DNA of 64,000 nucleotides from Parasitella parasitica NRRL 2501 (lineage: Eukaryota > Fungi > Mucoromycota): the NCBI GenBank assembly GCA_025201805.1, contig MU619304.1, positions 37,539 to 101,538 of the forward strand. Direction: 5' to 3'. Both the position numbers and the translations under genes were made by a program. Below the pieces are notes generated by a model that searched no databases, was not told the DNA's origin, and worked only from the letters and a program-made list of their open reading frames with translations. Shown here in pieces: positions 1 through 12,343 of this stretch; the first letter of the stretch is position 1, and the number at the start of each line of letters is the position of its first letter.

Positions 1-212
1 ATCTGTTATAGAACGGCACTATATATGGATATGCGGGTCTCTATGCCCTCTGTCACTCATTAAGCTTTCACTTTTTGTGTGATGTAGTGTAAACTTTGCT
101 TTACGCTAGAAACAAAATATAACCTTAAAAAAACCTTAAAAAAAACCTTCTAGACAACACATCAATATTCTGCTTGATCCCTTTTTTCTTAAAGCTCAAT
201 TAACAACTAATA

Positions 213-401
213 TTGTGTGCGCATTATTTGACAGTCGACTTTTGGAATCCAAGACTATTGAAGCATGTTGATGGAATTACCTTTGAGGTTAACTCTTTTA
301 CAACAGAAGGCGTCTCTTATGAAATATATGTTATTGAAGGGGAAACGAAGATATGTATTTGCTCTGACTTCGTATGGAATCATATTGCTTGTATCTTTTA
401 A
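213..401 (+). pseudogene. SWIM zinc-finger fragment of a decayed MULE/Mutator-type transposase
   Basis: Translation FEVNSFT...YEIYV...ICICSDFVWNHIAC resembles the SWIM motif (Y.V...CxCxxF.....CxH), with the final CKH lost. No upstream DDE domain is visible in the window. Confidence 0.5.
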
Positions 402-1031
402 AGAGATTTAAAAAAAATATTTTTAATTTACATTCTTTCAGTAAATTTGCCTGTTCTTGAAATGATTGCACCTTTACCGGAAGTAGCTGAAGCCATGGCC
501 GTTGAAGAAGTTCCTGCTCCTTCTTCTGTAATTGATAGTGACGTGTTTGGTGAATAATAACTATTAACTCGAGTATAAACTAAACATTAACGTACACATT
601 ACTATACATTACTATACATATCATTATATATTCAATTGTTATGACACATTACCTTACTATTAAACTACACAGCCAATAGGCTGCTCTCTCTCAAATTATT
701 ATATATGAATCTCAGACACATTATACGGTATATCTCTCTTCTCAATCTAAATAGACACTAGTTGGCAAGTCATCGACTCCTAGTCTTATTAACCTTTATA
801 AATATACGTAAAGCTTCAGATAGTTTGCTTGCAATCGCAAAGTTTGAAACTGCTATGAATGAGTCGATTAATGCTTTTTTAAAAAAAATCCTCATCAATT
901 GACAGCTACTCAAATGCTATCCCTTTCAAATATAAAAAGCACAATACCAAAATTTCGAAACACAATGCAGATAGACTTGTTTTTTTTTCCTTGAAAAAAA
1001 CTTTTCCTTTCTTTTATTTTGGTTGTATATT

Positions 1032-2409
1032 ATGAGTGAAGTATGTTCAATAGAGAAAAAGTAATTTAAATGTATGATTGGCTAATGAAGAATAATAATA
1101 GCAAATCATTAAGGAATCAGAGCAAAGACAATTGAACCTTCAGCTCGAGTACATCAATTATACTACGGAGGAAATATTAAAAAATAAACTTAATGCCAAG
1201 AAAAGGAAATCAAGCATGGTGGCTGCCAGGAGAGCGGTAGTGGATCAAGTACAAGAAGGCGACGCAATTTATGTTTCTGGCCTCGATAAAAGTATTGGTT
1301 CTTTTATAAAAAACAGAGCTCTTGAAAAATATGTTGATATCAATAGCCATGGCATACAGCAACAAACGATGATAAGCCTGGGCATGAATTCGATTTTGGA
1401 TTTATCATACGCATTCGAGGGAGGGCAGTCTACTTTATTTAGCCAAGAACAATGGCATGAATTGCAAGCTCGTTTTCCTGCAGTCGAACACGAATATACT
1501 GAATTGTCTGGAAATTTGCTCAGTGTAACTACGCGCTACACGCTTGTTTTACAACAGTTATCGAAGGCAAGGTCCGGATTGGAAAAGAAGCTGAAGAGTC
1601 TGTCGAAATGGATAAAAGATCAAGAGAAGGCAGCAGACATGAACGAGGATGAACAATTTTTCCTCTACTTTGTGTCCCATATCATAAAATGCCATCAAAA
1701 GTCGGCATACTTGTTTGATTCCGTAACGGAATGTTCCGAATGGGATTACGTTGTCAAGCTCTGGTCCCCTCTGATCGAAGAATTATTTGATGGTGTAAAC
1801 AACTTGCGAACTAAATGGGGTGATACGGTCTTTGAACTTGCTAATGAAGATGGAACTGCCGATCCTAAAATCGATATACAGGTTATTCTGGATAAAGCCA
1901 TTCAAATGCGCAACGTTTCTTCCGGCAAATTCTCTAAACACAACCCAGGCAATTTAAAGTACCAAGCTGATAAATGTAAAGTGATGATTGAAGGTAAAAA
2001 TATAATCAATCAGCTTGTCTTTCATGGTGTCGATATTTGCAATATCCCTGTATTACAAATCTGTGGTTCTGAATTACACATGCTCGAGGTCTCACTGGTT
2101 GCACCGGGCTTGTATGTTGGTAACAAGCGATACTCTTTTTCTTTGGTTAACACGTGGGAGAACTTTGAAATCTTGCCAGAGTTGATTGAAGGACTATTGG
2201 AGTTTAAAAATGAATGCGTGGAAGTTGGTGAATTGCTGAAAGACCATTTAATAACGATCGAATATAAAAAAGGTTCTACAACAGGTCCAAAGTACAAAAA
2301 AAGCAGCTCGCATATGGTAAATAACAAGAAAAGATGGTTAAGAGATAATTGGATCGTATTCCGTGACCAAAAATATAAAACAAGCACTATACCACCACCA
2401 CCCTTTTAA
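1032..2409 (+). CDS. Mucorales-type multicopy hypothetical protein with a C-terminal PD-(D/E)xK-like region
   Basis: ATG at 1032 and a GT..CTAA..AG intron at 1041-1101 join in frame to the 425-aa ORF. Motifs SEWDYVVKLWSPLIEELF, KWGDT, KIDIQVI, SGKFSK, DKCKVMIEGK and LQICG are typical of a widespread Mucorales repeat-like protein family (recognised from memory). Confidence 0.6.
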
Positions 2410-3145
2410 AAATATCCACAAAAGCATTAAGCTAGTTTATTAGCCTCATTATCAAATATCTTAAATAAATCTGTTGGAATAAAGAGTAATTTTCAGTTTT
2501 AGTAATATACGAACTCCCATTTATTTATATATATCCAATCTACTTTATATTCCTACCAATTCTTCAAACTTTTTAAGAAGAATTATTACAGTTTTCTTCT
2601 GATATTGTTTATTTTTCTAAAACATAGCAATATTCATTTTGAGACACGTTGTAAAATTACAAAAACACAGCTATACAGTTATTATCAGTTGTGCCGTATC
2701 CTTCAAAATAGATAGCCCAATCACCAGACCGGATTCTAGTGCCACTGGAGTGTTTATGTGTTTATTGTCATTGAAATTAGTATGGACTTTGAATGAGCCA
2801 TAGTACAAATGCGTCAACAGAGTCGTCAATTTTCATAGCATCTTAAAGCAAAAAGAGTACGCTTTATCACTTTAAAATATCGTAATCGATGCTGACAATG
2901 TATAATAAAATTATATTTTAAAGAGTATCTGTTTGATGATTCTATAATAGCTTGTTCTTATTCTTTCTTAGCTCCAATCATGTTGGAATAACTTTGTCAT
3001 TTAAAAACAGGAAAACATAATTACAACCTTTCTCAATAGTAAACAGGAGTAACTGGGTATAAACAAAAGACATAAAAGGAAATTTTGGAAAAAAAAAAGC
3101 TTAATCTTTGTTTTTCGTGAGTTTGTTTTTTTCAATGCGCCCGTT

Positions 3146-3747
3146 ATGAACAGAGATAGTGATATTGGCGCTTACGACAGTAACCTTGAAGATGGATTTG
3201 ACCAATTTACCACACAAAGAGGTGATATTCAACGCAGGGCATTAGCAAATCGTCTTGTCGATGATGAAGGGTTGCTGTGGACTGATCAAGACGTTGATTT
3301 ATTGCTGAACGAGTTAGAAATTGAAGTTGGAGAAGGCACAAATCGATTCCTGTATCAAGATGAACGCGTGCTCTACTGCCATGGTCTATCGCAAGCCATT
3401 CAGTTCCAACAGCCTAGGTCTCCAGACCAAATCCACGACAAAATCATTTGGCTATGGACCACTTGGGAGGCCATAAGCCGAGCAACGGGAAAATCCTGGT
3501 GGAATATTTCAGAGCGGGACAAGTACAGTTTATCGCTTTTGTCTCATGATAAAGGTAGTGTAACTTTTTTTTTCAGTTGCGCATTAAAATATATTCATGA
3601 ACATTGTACAAAATCTTAGATCAATTATTGAAATCAAAGTTTAAATATTTTGACAAGTGTGATAGAATATTTGCATATATTCGCAGAGATGAAGGTGAAG
3701 ATGATGAAAACAAAATGTCGGATGATGCCAGCAGTATATACTACTAA
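3146..3747 (+). CDS. Myb/SANT-like (trihelix-type) DNA-binding domain protein
   Basis: WTDQDVDLLL...RSPDQIHDKIIWL in exon 1. An intron at 3555-3619 adds DQLLKSKFKYFDKCDRIF, matching the trihelix C-terminal 'YF..D.IF' pattern. Stop at 3745-3747. Confidence 0.55.
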
Positions 3748-3815
3748 AAAAAAATGTGTACAACATAAGATTAAAAATGAAAAAAAAAAAAAAAAAGTGT
3801 TTGAGAGGGAAACAG

Positions 3816-5069
3816 CTATGATAGTCCAAGACCAAGGGTATTGACATCCTCGTACTTGAGAGGATGGAATGTTTCGTGGTGATCGGTCATAATAGGAGAG
3901 CCAAAGATAACAGAAGGAACAGGGCTAGGGGGTAAAGGCGTGTTCACTGCTGTGTCAAACGTGTTTGGAGACACGGGAATTGGAGAAGGGCTGTTTGATG
4001 TATCATACATAGACATGGTCACATCAGGGGCTTCTTGCAGAGAGTGCTGCATGGTGGCATGATTATTGTCCCATTGATGAAAGTCGTTTGCAAACTGCAT
4101 TGTGTTGTAGGCATCATTATAGTCTGTCGTCGGTGATGTAACAAATACAGTCAAAGGACTAGCAGTGTTGGATTGGGTAGTGGGCGATCCAAAGTCATCT
4201 AAAAGACACAAACATAGTTAGACTACCTTATGAAATGCACGTATAATGTAAGAACCACCACCTACTTTGCATTTGCGAGATATCGTTTTGACTCAAGCCT
4301 TGCCTCTCAGCCAGCTGGCTAATGATGGTTTGCTGCTGAAGCTGCACTTTTCTAGTCTCTTCAAATCCAAGCATTAGATTTGAAAAGTTGTCTTGAAGGA
4401 TTTTAAATTGTTGAAGCAAGTCTGCTTGTGACATCTGAAGGGTCGCAAATGAGGCATGAATGTCACCGGTTTCACGTCTTAAAAGCTCAGAATCCATGGC
4501 TTTACGCTTGATTTCCTTTAGCAAGTCTGGGCGACTATGCTGGAATTTGAGGTGAGAAAACTCCCAGATCTCGTTCTCATTGTTTCCTCTCTGCCCTCTA
4601 GGTGATTTGTTAATCTTGTGGAAGCCATACCTACTCTCTTTTCTGATTAGCATTCGCTACATGCCTGCACCAACAGTCAAACTTACATGTTCAAAAGGCG
4701 CACAAAACTTGAAAAGTTGCTGTGCTTAAAGTATTCAGGAAGCACTTGTTGAGCAAATTGAGTGGCATTGGAAACAAAGAACGATGTGCCACTTGGGTTC
4801 CATGATATCAGGTTTTGGTGAAGACCGTCCTCCACCATATTGTAAAGCTTGCTGATAAAAGTACTGACACCCTTTTTCGAAGCTCTACGCTGCACCGATG
4901 ATGACTGACCGTCATTGCATGATAAAAAATCAAGCGATGGTTCATAAGGCGATGTCATTGAAGCGTTTGAGCGAACAGAAGAAACACTGGAACGCTTGCT
5001 ACGATTAAATGTGTTAAAAGAGTCGTTATTATCAGAAGAATTAGGAATTGCAATGTGTAAAGAGTCCAT
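3816..5069 (-). CDS. HSF-type DNA-binding transcription factor
   Basis: FISKLYNMV...ISWN..GTSFFV...F...VLPEYFKHSNFSSFVRLLNM|YGFHKIN...WEFSH is the HSF domain, followed by a coiled coil. Introns at 4631-4686 and about 4199-4265. Confidence 0.93.
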
Positions 5070-6781
5070 TATAAAATGTTGAAAATCGTAGATGTGGTGA
5101 AAAAAAAAAAGAATCAGGCGTTTCATGTCCTCTATATATACCATGGTCTACTGGACTTTTAAATGCTATGAAACCCTTTTTTTTTTTTCAATCGCAAGAA
5201 AGAATCGCTACTGGCAATGTTTCTCCTTGGACCACATTGTAAAAATATTCTTGGTACAACTACGAAAATGAACAATCAGATCAACATTAAATTCAGATTA
5301 AAATGGCAGCAGTATTGGCAACTCTATCGTTTACACTAATAAAGCTAATGTCATTTATTTTTGCAATTGCATATTCTTATCTGTGTTATACCTTGATTTT
5401 CTTATAGTATTGTCTATCAAATGTATATCTGTCTATAATCCCTTTTAAATGAAACTCATCTCCCGAAGGATGAAACCGGATGGTAAAAAAACAGAGTTAG
5501 GGAAGCTGTGAATAGTTATAAAGATAGCGTACAGTAATTTGGTATATTTATATTTGATAGGTTGAGCATAATAAATTAGTACGTCAACAGGCAAAATATT
5601 GAACAAGATACTAGTGGCATTGCCATAACTGGATATCATCATATTACGTGAGTCTACGATGTTTAAACAAAGAACACTTTTCAGTGTTTATGATTTGTGA
5701 GCTTTTAAGCACTGCCTTGTATCTTTATAAAAACTGCGAGCATTATATTTCTTGTATGCATAAACTGACGTGCAGATAATTTGCCCTAATATGGGAAAAG
5801 CCACTTGAACATCCTGTATCACATTGGCTGCGTTAAATGGATATCTATTTAAAAGTGCATGATTGAGTGTTGGCACTATTTCACTGTTGAGATGTGCTTC
5901 GATCAACCTGGAACCTTTGTTTTTTTTTTGATTTAGGCATCAAAAACCAGTTCATCGTGCAAATCATTTCTCAGTTTGCCAGATCTCAATAACTATATGT
6001 AGCGCCATGTTTCTAAAAATCAGAGAATCATCGCTCCACATTTTTCTTTGACTATGCAAGGAAGAACTATACAGAGATTATTTGACAATGGGGTTTACGT
6101 GCAAGTGGGGCTCAAAACTCCTCAAGGCAAGCATCCCACTTTGCGCGGTCCATTTAAAGATTCGAGACGAACCCCAACCTCTTTGATAATGTTTCAATGG
6201 CTATGTTACCTTTTGCGGTCCTCATTCGATTTATTGGTGTCGTTGGATTTTATTCTCGAGACTTTTTTGGCTTGGTTTCTGAAGCTGAAGTTGTTTACCA
6301 CGTCTTGCATCCTGTGTATACGTAGTAGCATCGGTCGATATTGTTGATCAATGCTTCTATTTAAGCCATGCCGCGTTATACAATAGAAAGCGCAAGTTTT
6401 GTTGTAAACAATGTTCCTCCATCCCACAAAGCTCATAAAGATTCTGTGGTTCCTAAAGATTTGTTGCAGTGCCCTGAAGCTGTTCATTATATTCTTGGGC
6501 TTGATCTCGAAACTTATTGATCAAAGTATCATCTGATTCCAATTGAGCAAGACGAGTATCCGCATTTTCTGCTGGTGACAGAGAATATTCTATTCAAGTT
6601 TTTGTAGTGCTTGAGTTAACGGTGATAGTTTCATTTACAACACTATAAAAATCACAATGATAGTCATAGTATACTCAATGTACACCTTCATAATAAATAT
6701 CTTGTAAAGAACGATCCTATTCGATTTATGTGTTTATGTACAAGATGCTCTTTTTATTATTATAATTACTACTAAAAAAAA

Positions 6782-9089
6782 TTAGCGCTTCTTCTTACTT
6801 CGCTTTTTTGATGTTTCCAATGCTCTATCTACAGCGTGCAAGACTGGCATCAATGTCTATTTTAAAAATAATTAGCTCCGTAATTATGCAGTGGCATTTG
6901 ACATGGATTTTACGTGTTTACACCTCTCAGCGTCACCTCCATAACTTACGACTGCCGTCAGTATTTCCTTCAACCTTTCTTGCTGTTTCTTCAAGCCATC
7001 AATCATTCTAAGATTCTTATCAGCTTTGTAAGGCTCCCAAGAAGACCAAAAGTGGCGAAGTATTTCGTTAGTTGCTGAATGGAAGCTTTGTATTTTTTGT
7101 TGCACTTGAGGTGGTAACTTGACATCTACAAAGATATACAGTTAACGCACATTTTGATTTTTTTTTTTTTTGAAAAAAAGGAGCATACCTGTTGCAGATT
7201 TGTCGCCGTGCCGTATTTTCTTTTTAATGGTATTTGTCAACTCAAGGCACACGTTATCTGCAGCTTGTGGCTTGATAATCTGATTTGTCATTTCAGGTTG
7301 CCAGCCTTCAAACTTTCGTTTGTACCCAACAAGCAGAGTTATTGTGTCATTCTCGCTCAGATTCGTTTCATCTTGCCCCCCTGTTTGACTTTCGAAATAA
7401 CGTCTGGTATCTTGAATATCAAGGATAATTCTTTCGGATGGCTTTTCGTCTAAGAGATCTGTAATGATGATATCGTTTTGCACTTGATCTTCAAAAGAAG
7501 GCTCCGGCCGTTTGGTTTTGCTATGGCACAGTTTAATCTCGAGCAAATAAACCATATCCATGTCAAGTTTTCTGTTACTTACGACGGCGCTGTTTCGAGC
7601 ACTCTTGAGGAATGCTTGTTGAACCGACGGATCAACGGTAATGATTGCGCTTCTCTGCCAGCTTTCATTGTAAAATCAGGCGCATTTCCACTCTCCAGAT
7701 GATCCTCGGCCGTAGAAGATAAATCGATATCAAAACGAATCTTGTCCATCCGAGACATTGGTGGTGGTTTTGAATTTTCTAAATAGGCCCCAGTTAATTA
7801 ACCAACACATGTCTGTATTGCACATTATAATACAAAACCATCATCTTCTTCTTGAAGACACCTATCAAAAATATCGTCATATGGTGCCAACTGAGATCTC
7901 CCTCCAGTGCGCTGTCTATGGAAGAATTCAGAAGCTAAAAACCGCTTCCAAAATGCTTGTTCTGTCATCTACATAATGCCCATGTTAGAATTGAACGCAT
8001 CTTTCTCTTCATTTGAAATCCGCAAGTGATACCTTGTCAGGAACGTTGGTATCATATGCTCTTTTCACTGTATTACAATAATCAATGATTTAGAAACCAT
8101 ATATACAATTTGAGAAGAGGGGTGTTGGTTTACCTGAAGGAAACTCGGTAAAGATATTATGAATAATCTGACTTGTCAAGGTATACTTGATATCTGAACC
8201 CTCTTGTTGGCCTGGCTTCAACTCCACCATGCGAGAAGATTTACCCTTTTGTCTGCCCTCTCTAGATACAGCATCTTTTTTCAATTTCTAGACTCAAATA
8301 AATTTGCATCAGCAAGTGCTCAACTGCTACAACATCACCTCAAGTTTCATTTTCTGTGTGTACCTGACGTATTCGTTTGACATATGGGCTGGACCAAAAT
8401 TCTTCTTCATCGACGCTTTTTCCTACCACCACTAACTCTTTGTGCAAGGTCTGTAGCTCTTTGCTGGATGTCAGCAAGGCTCTTCTGTCTGTAAACTCTT
8501 CCTGTCGCCATGATTTAGGACTTCCTCCGTTTGTGCTGGGCGAGGGTGTGTTGTTGAGAGGGGTAGACGGCCTAGCGTTCGCTGCTGCTTGTTGATGTAA
8601 TGAAGGAGGAGCAGGCAAAGATGTTGCAGTCTGAGGCGTGGATGGAGACGGCGAAGCTGCGACAGATGATGGCGTGATTGGAACCGGCGTCCCTATAGCT
8701 GAGGAGGAGCCGAGACCGCGCACACGAGCCAACAATTCAGCTATTTGCGCTTTGATCGATTCTCTTTCTTGTATGTTCTTTGCCGAAGTAAATTGGAATG
8801 TGTAGTCTTTTGCAACAGGCGGTTTTGCTGATATCTTGAGTAAGACTTTAGGTGAAGACTCGGGAGTTTGCGCTAAACCTAAGGAGTGAGTTGTTGTCAG
8901 CAAGACTGTGAGCTGAATATTTCCAGAGCAGTTTTTACCTCCAATATCGTTGTAGTAAATGGAAGGAGTCAATTGAGACGAGCCCTGTTGCTGCCAGGCT
9001 ACTCGACGAGGAGTAACATACAATGTGCCTTCATGCTTTTTGTAACGAACAGCTGCTCGCAAAAGTAATTGTTCGTTGGGCTCCCACAT
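6782..9089 (-). CDS. TFB1: TFIIH subunit Tfb1/p62 (PH domain + BSD domains)
   Basis: N-terminal PH-like region (VRYKKHEGTLYV...LAQTPESSPKVLLKI), BSD motifs (LQTLHKELV...EEEFWS; IIHNIFTEFP) and C-terminal ATNEILRHFWS. Multi-exon gene; last exon TLMPVLHAVDRAL...KKR* ends at 6782. Confidence 0.88.
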
Positions 9090-9777
9090 TGCATTCAATC
9101 GCGAGAAAAGAAGAACGAAATGCAATATGCTTTTCAGGTGTAGTTTGTCTGCGGACCCTGTGACTCTACTAATTCTTTGTCAAATAGAGATCCTCTTGGC
9201 AAGCAGTTCCAATAGTGCATCAAATTTTGGTCAGCCGAGGTCCTTATGCTTAGCAATCAGCTGCGAGTTACGTATTCCAATAAGCTGTCAATGTACGAGC
9301 ATCTTCCTTGAAAAATCGAAAGGAAAACCCGAATCTTCAGAGTATTTTGTTTCCTTGCATCAGATGTTCAATGGAGGTAATATTGATTCTGTCAACCAAT
9401 TCGAGCACATTGGAAATCGCTACAAAACGAGGCCACATTTTGAGGCCATGAAAACTAGGGTCAAAGTACTATCCGAGGATATATATATCTACTGCTCTAT
9501 TCAGCGCAAAGATGTCCCTTACGATCTAAATGCAAAAGCCTAATTTCAATCCACAAAGAATGCAGTTTCCTGTATAACCATGACGTTTTATTTGCCAATC
9601 CAAAACTGTTTTTGTTGCATTTAGGATAGTAGTATTTCAGTCGTTATTAACATTGGAGAGTATTTCAATTTATTGTATAGAATGATCGGCATATGTGTTT
9701 TAGACATGTATTTTAAATGAATAAATAAAAACAAGAATTGCTGCTTCTTTCATTTATAAACGTAATGTACACGCAAA

Positions 9778-11395
9778 TTACTCCCATTCATCATCTTCGC
9801 CATCCTCATCATCGCTTTGCATAGCCTGTTTACGTTGCTTAAGGACATCGGCCAAACTTGAGGCCAAATTCCCCCCTGCAGCACCAGTAGCAGCAGTGGC
9901 AGCTTGGTTACCCATAGAAGGCGTAGGCGGAGCAGAAGTGTCAGCTTCACGCAGTTTACCCGACGATTTCAATGTGCCAAAACCGCCAGCAGCACGAATT
10001 GAGGCCATTAAACCTGATCTTTCATCATTGGACACTGCTGGGGGAAGAGAATTCATAGCAGGGGGAGCAGGAGGAGCAGGAGGAGCAGGAGGAGCAGGAG
10101 GAGCAGGAACACTTGCACCACTATTCATCATTGGAGGAGGAGGTGGTGGAGGAGGAGCATTGGTGTTCATCATAGGAGGAGGAGGAGGAGGCGGTGGTGG
10201 GATACCACCCATTGGAGGTTGCGGTGGGGGAGGCGGTGGTAGAGAAGCATTATTATTATTATTTATAGCTAGAGAAGGTGTTGGTCTATCGCGGTTGGAG
10301 ATGGGAGGACCAACGTTTCTCGCTGGTGGAGGTGGAGGTGGAGGTGAAGAGTTATGATTGTTATTGGGTCGTCTTGGTCGAGGTGGAGGTGGAGGTGGAG
10401 GAGGAGAGCTATGATTGTTATTAGATCTTCTGGGTGGGGGTGGAGGCGGGGGTGGATGGGAACGACCAAAGGATGGTGCTCCCTTTCTCAATGTTGGAGC
10501 TGGTGGTGGAGGAATAGCGTTGGCTGGTTGATTTTGCTGTTGTGCCGGTGGGGATGAAAGGCGAGCCGTACCGTGTTGTTGGAAGAATTCTTGTATAAAC
10601 TCTTGGTTATCATTGATTTCATCAGCAGAAATGCCCAATTCCTTCAATTGCTCGAAAATGCCATTCCACTCCGGGTCGCTATTCTGTACGCTGAACCCTT
10701 TCCCTGGAGTGTATCCAATATGTTCAACGTGCCTAAAATCTGCTGGCATGCCAATGTGGTTTTTGTCAATTTTGCTCTTTCGCTTTTTTTGTGCTTTGTA
10801 GGCAGAAGGTGAAGCTCTTCCCTGTACTTTTTCATAGAAAATATCTGCCTCTCCTTCATCCACGAATTCCAACGCAGTTAAACAATCCTGTTTGTATCTT
10901 CGATTTAAACAACTAACCCGCATTCTCTCGGCAGTCGACTTACATCTGTTTCAAACGAATGAAAAAAGCTTGCGTCCTTGTGATAGTTAAATCCCTCATA
11001 AAGTTCTTGTTCCCAAATAACACCAGAGTTGTTCTAAGCAAGGGAAACGGAGCTTTTTCTTTAATCTACTGTTGTGCCGTAACCACACATAGCCCTATGC
11101 TTAAAACAATAACTTACCTGAATATCCACTAGACGTATAAAGAAGGAATTGTTTTTTGCCTCATCGATACAGAAGACGGCAGCTCCCCATACTTGTGAGT
11201 ACATCCATTTGGACGGGTCAGGACTTGCAACATGAAGGCGTGCAACACCAGCAGTAAAGATTTTCTATACAAAACGTTTAATGGCGACCAAGATATAATA
11301 AGGGCATATACCATTGCAATGAAACTTACCGAAGTGGGCACTGCTTTTCGAACGAGGTTTTTATCGCCAGACGACGAGAGAGTAACTGATCGCAT
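9778..11395 (-). CDS. LAS17: WASP/Las17-family Arp2/3 activator (WH1, CRIB, polyproline, WH2, acidic tail)
   Basis: WH1 exons at 11395-10.9 kb, CRIB IGMPADFRHVEHIG, long poly-Pro tracts, WH2 RSGLMASIR, C-terminal LADVLKQRK...EDDEWE. Confidence 0.93.
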
Positions 11396-12343
11396 AGCTT
11401 GATGTATTTTTTTTTTATTTTTTACAAGAGAGAAAAAAAGAAGGAAAATGTCTTGGCTTCTTTGTGAAAAAAAGTCTTATACCATATTTTGAAGATAATT
11501 AACCCAGCATTGTGCAGTAGATAGGGTCTGATTGGCCATTACATAATGACTACAGCATGATGATAGACTAAAATGAACATTTTAGGTGATGCGCAAACGG
11601 CAAAGTGCCATAAAGAAGCTTTTTCTTGGAATACAATGATCAGCGTCTTCTCCTCTTGCGAGTATCAATAAAAGCATTTTCTACATTGTATGTTTTCATT
11701 CGCAATTATTATGCAAAAGCCATCCATCTGAGTATTGTTCTTCGACTATTCAGACAATGTGTAATGTCGGATTTACTAGCTGTAGCAGCGTGTAATTGCC
11801 AAGGCAGTATGTCTTGGATGCACTGCATGTAACAAGAACTAGTTAAATGAAAACCTTGTTGAGCTGAACATTTCCAATGTTACGTTTCACAACTCTGAAG
11901 AGAAATTGCTCAATCAATAAGCTGGGTGTGCGTGCGTGTGTCTGCATCAAAGTTCTTTTGTTTGTTATTTACCAATGTGATTTAAATCGTAAAGAACGTG
12001 TTTGAAAGCTGGAAGTTCAAGCCGAATTCAATTCACATGTTGTTGGCAAAAGAAAGATGTGTTACAGTCGCCATGGTTACTAAAGCATATTTTCTTTTGA
12101 CAGGTACGATATACGTACATCTCAACACTTGATTGCTATCTGGTAGTAAAAGTAAAGTTAAATAGGTATTCCCTTTCCACCTTTTCGTATTCTTTGAAAT
12201 CTTGCTATTTTCACCTGTCTCCGTGCCAAAAAAAAAAAAAAAAAAAAAAAAATCTTTTTTTAGAATGAATAGTATGTATAAAAGTTTTAGCTTTTGATAT
12301 TCTTCTTTCTCCTCCTTGTATAATTTTTGATAATCGCTTCAAG

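Noticed and set aside
5445-6600. Broken minus-strand ORFs between HSF and TFB1 (e.g. HLNSEIVPTLNHALLNRYP, YRPMLLRIHRMQ)
   Set aside because: Possibly a decayed gene or TE, but there are many stops and no motif I can assign.
9896-10557. Gly-rich plus-strand ORFs
   Set aside because: Antisense shadows of the WASP poly-proline codons.
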